Origin: Podarcis pityusensis
Lineage: Eukaryota
Strand: one strand, 5' to 3'
Length of the DNA: 64,000 nucleotides
NCBI GenBank assembly: GCA_964106645.2
Contig: OZ067043.1
In this document: positions 53,811-64,000 of the stretch, in pieces
Numbering within the stretch: the first letter of the stretch is position 1
How the letters are laid out: each line of letters begins with the position of its first letter
The notes under the pieces: model-generated
Databases searched by the model: none
Seen by the model: the letters and a program-made list of their open reading frames with translations, nothing else
Told to the model about the DNA's origin: nothing
Position numbers and translations under genes: made by a program

Positions 53811-56016
53811 TGATCTCAAGGTGCTCATGTAGGTTCCTGATCTCAGAATAAATATCTGGATAGGGGTGATATGCTGTTAGATTTTTTACTTTAGAACTGT
53901 ACAGTTGAAGGGGAAAATCACCCCTGTCTTTTATCAGCGATACTTTGATAAATATTTGAGCTCAGTACTGTAGATAAGATCGAGGAGAAGAAAGAAATGT
54001 CAAATAGCACTGTTTAACAAGCAATATTTCGAGGGGAGAACATCATCTGCATACATTAGGGATGGAAAAAGTGAAATGATGAATTTCCACCATTTCCGAG
54101 CTAATTTTCATTTCCATTTGTAGCATTTCAAATTCATGTTGTTCTCATCTCTTATTTTTCTTGCCTTTAGTTGCCAGCAGTTGCCAGAGGCAATTTTTGA
54201 TGCTTCAGTACCGAATTGAATTCTTTAAAATAAAAAAACCCAACATTTCTCACTTAAAAGAAAACTGGGAAAGAAATTGGGAAGAGTAGACGGAATGGAG
54301 CCACATTAATTACAAATTCTTAAAATAAATCAAATATTGTGGTTCTCTGTTCTGGAAAGGAATACTAATGTGGAGGTAGCTTCAAGCCAAAGCAGGGGAA
54401 ATGAATCTTGCTTTATTGGATAGTCTTGCAAGTTCTGCTTAACAAAAAATGTAATAGGCTCAGGTGTAGCTATGCTGTACCAGACAGAACTATATGTGGG
54501 AAAGCATCAGGAGCAAAGGTGAATGTGGGATTGAGTTGTATGGGGCAGGAGAAGAGGTTCCAAGATGAAGTTTATCACCCAACAGGCCCTTCTGAAGAAC
54601 TGGGATTTTGGATTTGTGGCAGTTGAGGTGTAAATGTGAGGCAGAAAGTGAACACCAACTGTAGCGAGCCAGATGAGTTTCTTAGTTCCTGAAATCATCA
54701 AGGAACCCTGATATGAAAGCTTCTATATGGGTAAGGGACCTGAGCTGCTGTGGACTATAGGTGCAAGGCAGCTTTCTTGGCTAGTGTGGGGTGCCCTCCT
54801 TTGTCATATATAGGGATGGGAGATCTGATACATCCCTAAATAAAATTCTACTACAGGCTCGAATCCCCTTTGCACTTGTAGTTTTAATGGACAGAATGAA
54901 AAAAATGAACCACTGTGGGGGCTATAAAGGCAGGTGCTGGTTCAGGAAAGGTAGTGATGTTTTCTGCATTATCATCTGTCAAGTCAACAGTCCATTTCAC
55001 CATTTCTAAATTACTAGCTCTAAAAGCCCATGTTGCTATGAATACAAATGGTGCTATATCCCCACTCCATTGTAATTGGGGTAGGCCTGGAGATAGCTTT
55101 TTATCAGTAGATGTGTGCTACATCCTTGGATGAGGAAGGTATTTAAGCTTCTCAAAATGGTAGGATGAGGAAGGACTCCAGTGGTTTCAGAGCCATTAAT
55201 CCCATAGGTGTCTGTAATATTAAGTGTCTGTAATGTTAAGGGAACCACAGTCAATACCACATTCATTACCACAGTAATGCTTTTACAAGTGGGGCCCACT
55301 GCACTTTTCGAGTGTAAGGAAGTGTGGTGTAACAGGAACAAACTTCCTAACTGGGTAAATGCCATCTGGATTCTCCTCAAGAAATGAGTAGCAATTCTGC
55401 ATTCCCTGCATAAAAAACACATCTCATCAAAATGCATTGGAGGCGCATACTCAGTTAAAGCATGTTGTTCTTTGCTAATGTGTCCAGAAAAAAAAACCTA
55501 GGCATAACACGCTGTGTAGAAGATGGAAGAAAAACATAGCAAGAATCTACATCTGGTTCAGCTCCTGATAAAGCATTTGCCAGATACTGTTTTAGAGGAG
55601 CTTCCTGACAGGGACATTGTAGTCTTGTTTTAGTTGTAAATAGATAATGGTGTCTGAAGATATCGGGGGAAAAGGAAACTACTCAAAAGTGAAGAAATAA
55701 AATAGAAGACGTTGATGTTCTCAATTTTCCATCTTCCTTAAAAGTTATTCTTTTTTTATTGGAGTAATATGAGCAGTTTTTGTTTTGAAAACCACAGCCA
55801 AGGTAATAAGTTACATGAAGCAGCAAGTGCCTAGCATTGCAATGAAAGAAAACAAAAGAATAAAATATGTGCTGTTCTAATTCACATTCAAGGCAATAAA
55901 GCTGATGGTAAAACTGGGACCCCAGCACACAAGGGAATGCTTGCTTTCCCACCTGCAGCTTCCCTTCCACTACCCCTTCACATCTGTGCACCAGTTAGCT
56001 ATAGTTGGCGCCAATC

Positions 56017-56464
56017 GAATCATAGAATTGGAAGGGAATATGAGGGTCATTTAGTCCAACCCCCTGCAATCCAGAGGGACACGGGTGGTGCTCTGGGTTA
56101 AACCACAGAGCCTAGGACTTGCCGATCAGAAGGTTGGCGGTTCGAATCCCCATGACGGGGTGAGCTCCTGTTGTTCGGTCCCTGCTCCTGCCAACCTAGC
56201 AGTTCGATAGCATGTCAAAGTGCAAGTAGATAAATAGGTACCGCTCAGGCGGGAAGGTAAACGGCGTTTCCATGTGCTGCTCTGGTTCGCCAGAAACGGC
56301 TTAGTCATGCTGGCCACATGACCCAGAAGTGAGATGAGCACCACAACCCCAGAGTCGGTCACAACTGGACCTAATGGTCAGGGGTCCCTTTACCTTTATC
56401 CTGCAATCCAGCAATCTTTTGCCCAATGCGGGGCTGAAACCCATGCTCTACTGACTGAGCTATC
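56017..56464 (-). mobile_element. tRNA-Lys-headed, CR1-tailed SINE split by a Sauria SINE
   Basis: Tail GAATCATAGAATTGGAAGGG...TAGTCCAACCCCCTGCAAT at 56017-56070. Head remnant TTTGCCCAATGCGGGGCTGAAACCCATGCTCTACTGACTGAGCTATC at ~56418-56464. Confidence 0.8.
56075..56399 (+). mobile_element. Sauria (Squam1) SINE with an internal deletion, nested in an older tRNA-CR1 SINE
   Basis: GGGACACGGGTGGTGC head and GGTTCGAATCCC B-box. 12-bp TSD CCTGCAATCCAG at 56063-56074 and 56400-56411. Confidence 0.92.
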
Positions 56465-58198
56465 TATGGTGGTTACATACGGGAATGGAAGAATGAAAGT
56501 TCCCCACTGTACATGCTGTGGCCCTGATCAGATCAGGCTCATACTAACTTCCTTGGGTGATGTCAGCTGAAAATGGACAGCCATGGCCTTCACGTTTCTA
56601 CTCAAGTAGCTGCTTGTGTCTCTGCAGTGACATAATGCTTACTTCTTCATCCCGTCCCTATACTACCCCACCTCAGGAGTGGCATGCATGCAGTTGATCC
56701 TGGTTTGTTTTCACAACAGCCCTGTGTGGTAAGTGCAGATATTTGCAGATGCTAATAATCAACCTGCAAATGGAGTATGAACAGATCTCAGTGCATAGCT
56801 TTCCATTTTGAAAGCATGCAGTGTGTGTGTTTCCTTTTGCAGCTTTCCTTCCTAGGAAGACATGGCCCTGCAAAAACTGGGTATATGAAAGAAGAGGAAA
56901 AACGGTCTAGGCAGTGTAGAATAAGAGACAAACCTGACAACTTCAGTTTGTGAATTGCCTTTTGTTGTGCTTCACTGAAGGAAACATTGTTTAGGAACTT
57001 AACTAGGAAGTCTTTGCCTTTGGCAGTCAAGGTATATATTAATGCAACTTTGCTCATAATGTGACTCAGGTAATTCTAAATCTTGAATTTCAGTGAGCTA
57101 CATAGCTTCAGCTGTTCCTTGTTAGACACTCAGTTATAAACTTTGCTTAACACATTTGCAATAGTGGAAGCCATTTAACAGCTCTGGGTGCTCCATATAC
57201 AAAGAATAAAAGGATGGTAAAAATTTTCCAGCAAAGCGGTTGAGGAATAGTTTGCTAGTGCTAGCCCAATTTTTTTATATTTCTGTAGCCCTCTAAAGTA
57301 ATGCTTCAATTTACTACTTTTCATTGTGATAACCTTGTTCAGTCACCTAAAGAATAGCTCCATGGCCAGTCACTAGAATTAGATTGAATTGGCTTAGCTT
57401 TCTTGGTTAGACACAGTTGGTTAAAGGTATCTTTAATGCCATTTTTAGCCTGTAGTTGCCTCTTGTTTTAAATTACCTGAAGATTTGAGGTTACATTTCA
57501 ACCGCCTATGCATGGTTTGTGCCTAACAGCTCCTGTTTAAAAGGAGTGGTCCCCAGTATGTATAGTGCATGAATATTTATTTATATTTTTTAAAAACAGT
57601 TGTGTTCAAAGTTGAAGTTTGTAACTTTCAAGGGAGGAGAATAGAAAGGAAATGAACAGACATAAATTTAAATTAAACAACAACAAAAAACCTAGGCAAA
57701 TCTTACAGATAGCGTAACAAACAATGTGTCTTTTAATGATTTAGTTGTGGAGGTGAACTTGAGACCTGTTTTCCAGATGGGTCCCATGAACTGTTAAAAA
57801 AAGGGAGAAATTAGTGTATTGGAATAATCCTGTTTCTGATTGAGCTGTAAGTTCTGTTGAAATCAGCGGGATTTACTATAGTATCTTGTAAATGAGTTTA
57901 TGAGAAGGATTTGGGACAGAATGCAAGGAACTCTAGCTTAAAGTCACAAAACTTTGAGAGTAAATAATAAGTGAATAAGTCAGAATTGTAGCATAACCCT
58001 TGCGGAACAGATGAACTTAATGCAAGTCACATATATCATGTTATGACTGTTGTTGCCTGCCAGGGCATAGTTACTTTATTTTTTTTTTACAATATCATAC
58101 AGCATTTGTTGTCTACTACTGTATAAAACCATTTGTGGAATTTGTGAAGCTTCAAACATTATGCATAGCTCTTGCCACAATAAATCTAGTAGTTTTTA

Positions 58199-58550
58199 GA
58201 CATGGGTGGTGCTGTGGTCTAAACCACAGAGCCTAGGGCTTGCCGATCAGAAGGTCGGCGGTTCGAAACCTCGTGACGGGTTGAGCTCCCGTTGCTCGGT
58301 CCCTGCTCCTGCCAACCTAGCAGTTCGAAAGCAAACAGTACAAGTAGATAAATACTGTAGGTACCGCTCCGACGGGAAGGTAAACGGCGTTTCTGTGTGC
58401 AGCTCTGGTTCGCCAGAAGCGGCTTAGTCATGCTGGCCACATGACCCGGAAGCTGTACGCCGGCTCCCCCGGCCAATAAAGCGAGATGAGCGCCGCAACT
58501 CCAGAGCCGTTCGTGACTGGACCTAACAGTCAGGGTCCCTTTACCTTTTA
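58199..58550 (+). mobile_element. Sauria (Squam1) SINE, CpG-rich copy
   Basis: Full body similar to the other three copies, with many retained CpGs and a CCTTTACCTTTTA tail. No clear TSD. Confidence 0.9.
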
Positions 58551-58786
58551 ACTTTTGTTAAAACAGATGAACAGACTATTCCTTCTTGTGCATAGAATGG
58601 GGCTGAATGGCTGTATCTCTGCCCCCACTCCTGAGGTTTTATGGTGCTGCACAACTCATTTCAGACATCCTTTCTTTTCTTTTTTTGGATGGACATCTTC
58701 AGGGATCTATCTACATCCAGGGTTTCAGAATGTGGCAAAAGGCTACATGAGTGGATGAGTGGCCCAACATCCCTTTTATACTCACG

Positions 58787-58859
58787 GAATCATAGATTTG
58801 TAGAGTTTGAAGAAGACTCAAGGGTCATCTAGCTCACATCTGGTCCAACCCCCTACAAT
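58787..58859 (-). mobile_element. 3' tail fragment of a CR1 LINE or CR1-tailed SINE
   Basis: GAATCATAGATTTGTAGAGTT...AGGGTCATCTAG...GTCCAACCCCCTACAAT. Confidence 0.7.
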
Positions 58860-59218
58860 TACATATGTGAATGGGTTGGTTTGTTTCTTCAGTACACAAG
58901 GAAAAGTGATTAGAACACTGTTTTGTTTTAGAATTTTGGAATGCTCATCGTGTTTGTTGGGTTGAGGAATTAATATCATCAGAGCTATTTTTCCTTCTCA
59001 CTTCTGCACCTTCTTAGGAAGCGTTAGTTTATCCCCCAGTAAAATCCGAGCGTGGTAGATTCATTGAATGGCAAGGTGTTTTTGACCTTTAGAATGCTAA
59101 GATGTCAAACACAGTATAATGAACTTGCTTGCTTTTCTTACGTTTATCACCTGATTTTGTTTTTGAAACCTTTTGTTAGCAGTTTACCAATTGGGAGTAA
59201 CATAACAATAATTATATA

Positions 59219-59252
59219 TTTATTATTATTATTATTACTATTATTATTATTA
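59219..59252. repeat. (TTA)n microsatellite, possibly the tail of a minus-strand LINE fragment
   Basis: Read directly from the sequence. Confidence 0.85.
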
Positions 59253-61125
59253 ATTGAATTTCTATACCATACTTTATCCGAAGATCACAGGGCAATTGAT
59301 AAGCAAATCAGCAGTAATCCTGAGACTATGCCAAGACAGAAACCTTGCTCACTTTAATAAACAGAGCAACATCATATTTTGAGATGGTGTCAATTTTTCT
59401 CTGCCTCCGAAAGGAACCTGAGCATCTCTACTAAATATGAAAATTCTGTTGTGCTAAACCTTTTTTGTGATTTCATTATCACTACCCACTGACTTTTCTT
59501 TGAAAGAGAGTTGTAGGAGTGTCTGCATATACCCTTTTTGGTACATGCAGATCATTGGCCTCTGCCAGAGTGATACTGTAGTTGTTTTTAACAGAAGGAA
59601 AATAGAGAATCTCCTAATTTCAAATGAGATTGAACAATCCTAGAGAGAGGGGTGTGTGGGTGTGATTTTGGTTGTGTTAAAAGGTACTTTGTAGATGCTT
59701 TCCTGCTGTCGGCAAAGAGGTGTGAAAAATTAATTCTCGCAATGCAGTCCCCCCCCCCCCAACTGTGGAACAGTGTTGGAAAGGAAACCAAATTGTGTTA
59801 TGTGTTCCTGTTGGTTTCCTAAGCACTTTCTACTGGAAACAGCACATATAATTTAAATGCCTTATTGCATAATTAAGAAGCCTAGTCTAGGAAAAGCTAT
59901 GTACTTTTTTTGTACAGTTCCCTATACATGTAATATTTTAGAACAAGAAATGTCCTTGTCTTGGAGATTTTCTTTCGTGTCCAAATCTAAGAGGTAACCT
60001 CTATTTCACTTTTTTTTAAAAAAAACATTCGCACTTAGGGTACTTTCAGTTATGAAAATTACTTTAGTGTTCAAGCAGTAAGGTTTCCTTGCATTGATTG
60101 TGACATGTGTGCATTTTTTGGCATTAAACTCTTGAGCATAAAAGTAAATCGTCAATTGGCTGTCTGTTTGTCAAGTACAGCCTCAAGAGACAGAGGAAAG
60201 CTAGCTTGAGATGTTGCTCCATTCTTAACAGTAGAAACAACTGGTTATAGATTTCTTTTGCAAGCAGCTTGCCCTCCTTATCAGTTATGGATTTACTAGA
60301 ATGAACAGAAAGTGTTCCATTTGAAATGTGGAGATACAAATGAAGTTTTGAAACACTTTGGCTTCATATTCCTATTTCCTTCCTAATGCATCCAATTGTG
60401 ATCTTTTTCCCCTGTCCGAGCAGAGGAATTTCCCCTTCTCTCTCTCTCTCTCTCTGTGTGTGTTTTCTTACTATGTCATCAGATGACAATCTTATTCAAA
60501 CAAGATGTTTCTTAGATGAATTTTAATTATATAGTCTAGGCTCGAATGTATATTTGGCACCATAATTCTGTTTGGGAAAATGAGGTTTTGTGGCCATTTA
60601 GAACTGATTATGCATTTCAGTGGGTTTGATATGAATCTGCTCTTAGTAAACAGAAAAAAGTACCCTTGTTTCTTGTCCGTTTTCATTATTTAATTTGCAA
60701 CAGATGAAGCTGGCATGCATACAGATTTCAACAGTGATGTAAGTTATTGCCAATTAAGACTGATGAAGTCTTGAAAACTTAATTTTTATTTAAATGATTA
60801 TTTTCCAGTCTTTTTTTCACCAGTGCCCCCAAGGTTTGGTTTACAGTTAAAGAAAATATGAAGTTGTAAATACAAACATCATTTCATTTATTAAAATAGT
60901 AGGCGGTGAACACTTTATAATCTCTACAACCTGTTGTGAAGTGTATTGTGAAAGAACTTCAGTTGCAGTTTTGAGTTAATTACTGGATGCATTGTTTATG
61001 ATGGATTATTTAAAAAGTAAGTGTGAGACGATGTTAAAAGATTCGTAGAATCTGAAGTCAGGCCTTTTTGAGTCAAAAATATATGTGGTTTATCATAGTT
61101 TGTGGAATCAGTCTGTCAGTAAATC

Positions 61126-61200
61126 ATTTTATTTGTACACCACATTTCCAAAGTTAAAACCATGCTCAAGGTGGCTTACAACATATAAAAGAATTACATA
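61126..61200 (-). mobile_element. Probable L2 3'-terminal fragment
   Basis: TTTTATTTGTACACCACATTTCC...CTCAAGGTGGCTTACAAC resembles reversed L2 termini. Confidence 0.4.
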
Positions 61201-63506
61201 ATTGCAAGCATAACAAAAGTAGATATAAACAATAAACACAACATCAAAAAGTAAACAACCAACTTGAACAAGATCCACATAAATTGTAAGAGCTAAAATA
61301 AATGTCAATAACAGCAACAGCCCTCACACCAAACAAAGCCCCCTAAACAGTATCCAAGTCTGCTTAGCAGCCTCAGCTTTTGTAGCTGGAGTCAATCAGG
61401 GCCCTGCCTTCTGAGGCCAGGTGGGAAAAGGCTGCAAGGCAGGGAGCAGGTCTTCCACGATGCACAGCCAAGATGGCCTCTAGCCTCTTTAGCAGCCTCA
61501 GCTTCATAACAGAGTATGTCTGCATACAATGGTTTTCTGAGATACAGTGCATCTTTAAAGGACTTGAGATAACACTGGCTCTTTTCTTAGAATATAACCA
61601 CATCATGTAAGATCTATACATAACTATTTGCTTAGTAACTTCATCAGTTAAATGATTAGAGCTGTAATGATTGGAAGGCTTCTGCTGAATTTACTTTCAA
61701 ATAATCTCCGTTTAGCTTTATGTGCAAACCAGGAATTTTGGTTTACAACAAATGACTGTTAGGTGTTAAAACCAATTTCAATTCATGGTTTATGAAGCTG
61801 GTTGGTTTAACTACCATGGTTGCGTAAGCACAGTTTAGTGTGAATGCACGAACATACAGGGTCCTGGAGAGGAGCTTGTAGCCACCAAAGTTTGACTTTA
61901 GTGTGTTGTTTGAACCAAGGCTTGCAGTTAAGCTCTGTCCTGACTAACCACTAGCAGTAACCATGGTTTGTTCTAGGTTTGGCTTAATGTGATGTACAAC
62001 CCAGTCCAGTATGTTTACATCATGATGCATGCTTTCATCCAAAATTTTCTTATGTCAGTTTGTAGATGACAGGAGGCTCATTTAATACTTTGCTTTACTC
62101 TGATATTGCTTAGAATAAGAATTTTTTGAAAAGGGTGCTTTCCTTTGTTGCTATTTCTTTTCCTTTCTTTTTTTGTTTGATGACAGAGATCTGCTTTATT
62201 TACCATGGCCCTGCCATATTTCATTCTGTCAGGAGAGTAGCTAATTGACTCACAGCAAAGATCAACTGGCGATAACTGGGAAGCCTTTTGCTAGAAAGGG
62301 TGCGGCTAAAGAGATGAGTACTGGTGACCCTGTTTCTGGTCAGACTAAACCATTGAGATGCTGATCAGTGTGCAGCAGTGCATTTTAACACATTCAGAGA
62401 TGTTAAGCAACAGTAAAACTCCATAACCGTTTAAATGACAGCAGCTGACTATTTGAATTAACTTTCTATTTGGCTTAATTTGGGGTCCTAATTATTCCTA
62501 ACTTACGTGAATAGATTTCAATTATAGTATACTATAGGGATTTGTAGCTAAGGCAACTGAAGGAATCATTTTACCTAAAGTACTTTTGTTCAACTGATTA
62601 AGGCAGGTTAAATGGAAGGCTAGAAAATGTGAAACCTCTTTCCTTGAGGGGACCTAAAAACAATTGCTTCAAATGGCACCAAGGAAACAAATGTGGTGAA
62701 AAAGAAGTTTGCTCTCCCTCTGTTGTAGAGAGCCCAAGTCTTCTTTGTTAATGTATCACATAATCCTAAATAAATTATCCATTCACCTACCCTGCAAAAT
62801 AGAGGGTTTTGTTGTGGTTGCTATAATAAAATTGATAGCAAACAACTGGAAATGGAGAGCTATAATCCAGTAATTTAAGGCTGTGGTCCTATGGCACACC
62901 TAGGAGGAAGTAAGTCCCATATGTATAAAAACATAGCAGAGAACTGAAGTCAGTCCAGGTCTATAGCATGCTGAAGTGCTTGTGTGTCTGCATTCACACA
63001 TTTTCAGGTGCACAGCTATATGAACAAAGCTATGCACTCTCTCTAGTAAGTGAGCAGTATGTTTTGCATTTCTTATGCTCCAGAACCAGAAGTGGCTCAC
63101 TGGATGGAGTGGAGCCACTCTGGTAGTTCCCACCAGGTGGTTTGCTGTTAATTGCCAGGAGGAAGAGGGGTCATGTGGCATGGAGGTCATTGTGGTGCAA
63201 ACACACCGGTAAGAGTGGTAGATTGGACATAATAAACAAGTGTCATCGTCCCCCACACAGTGAAAGCGCCCCCGGGAGACCAGAGGATAGAGGCTGCTCA
63301 GTTATTTTGCCTTGGCTGCATTTGCCATCCCAGCATTGCCACTCCTTTTAGCTACCCACCCTATCCACTTTGGAAAAGATCTTGATAGCTTAGGTAGGGG
63401 AAAGCTATTTTGAATGGGGGGAAATGTTGAAGGGGAGCAGCTCCTTAACATTTCACTATTTAAAAGTTTTGCTTCCTAGGGCCACTTGGATTTAAATATA
63501 TATATA

Positions 63507-63732
63507 CAGTGGTACCTCGGGTTAAGAACTTAATTTGTTCTGGAGGTCTGTTCTTAACCTGAAACTGTCATTAACTTGAAGCACCACTTTAGTTAATGGG
63601 GCCTCCTGCTGCTGCTGCTCCGTCGGAGCACGGTTTCTGTTCTTATCCTGAATCAAAGTTCTTAACCTGAGGTATTATTTCTGGCTTAGTGGAGTCTGTA
63701 ACCTGAAGTGTATGTAACCCGAGATACCACTG
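63507..63732. mobile_element. Tigger/pogo-like MITE (copy 2 of this family)
   Basis: TA|CAGTGGTACCTCGGGTTA ... TAACCCGAGATACCACTG|TA, inserted in a (TA)n tract. Confidence 0.88.
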
Positions 63733-64000
63733 TATATATAGAGAGAGAGAGAGACCAACAGAAAGAAACACATAAATCTAATTTATGTACTTGGATCCCA
63801 GAGCCCTGGCTTTTATTGGATCTTCATAAAAACAAGTCTGAAGCTGCTGTTGGTGTGAATTTTGTATTTAGAGCTCCAAGAAGTACGAACTTAAAAAATA
63901 AAATAAAAAATCAACTGGTAAACCCTTCACAGAACTTCACTTGATTTCCTAAATAGATATAGAATGGCACACCAATTCTAATAACTCTTACTCCTAAGTA

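Noticed and set aside
25101-58476. Recurrent similar ORFs (GHVASMTKPLL..., ETPFTFPP)
   Set aside because: They are antisense translations of Sauria SINE copies, not a gene family.
50592-64000. Next ADGRL2 coding exon (expected FSRAALPFGLVRRELSCEG, lectin domain)
   Set aside because: I did not find it in the remaining 13.4 kb; it presumably lies beyond the window.

Overview
This is vertebrate genomic DNA, almost certainly from a squamate (lacertid-type lizard, judged from four Sauria/Squam1 SINEs and typical squamate MITEs and CR1/L2 relics). It holds the 5' end of ADGRL2 (latrophilin-2) on the + strand. A CpG-island promoter region with probable non-coding first exon(s) lies at ~300-3700, followed by a ~48 kb 5'-UTR intron. 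The first coding exon is 50411-50591 (ATG at 50519; signal peptide MVASDCRMKRFWLLLIVSFLQCTE-G), and the next intron runs past the window end. The rest is intronic: SINEs (some nested, with clear target-site duplications), Tc1/mariner- and hAT-type MITEs, LINE fragments, microsatellites, two assembly gaps and several repeat-free blocks that look like conserved non-coding elements. I found no support for a novel multi-gene system. The most interesting signals are a dense uORF cluster upstream of the ADGRL2 start codon, alternative first-exon donors, a MITE carrying NRF1/CRE/ETS/E-box motifs, a splice donor formed at a SINE insertion junction, and CR1-tailed SINEs with different tRNA heads. Gene and repeat-family names come from my recall of those sequences, not from a database search.
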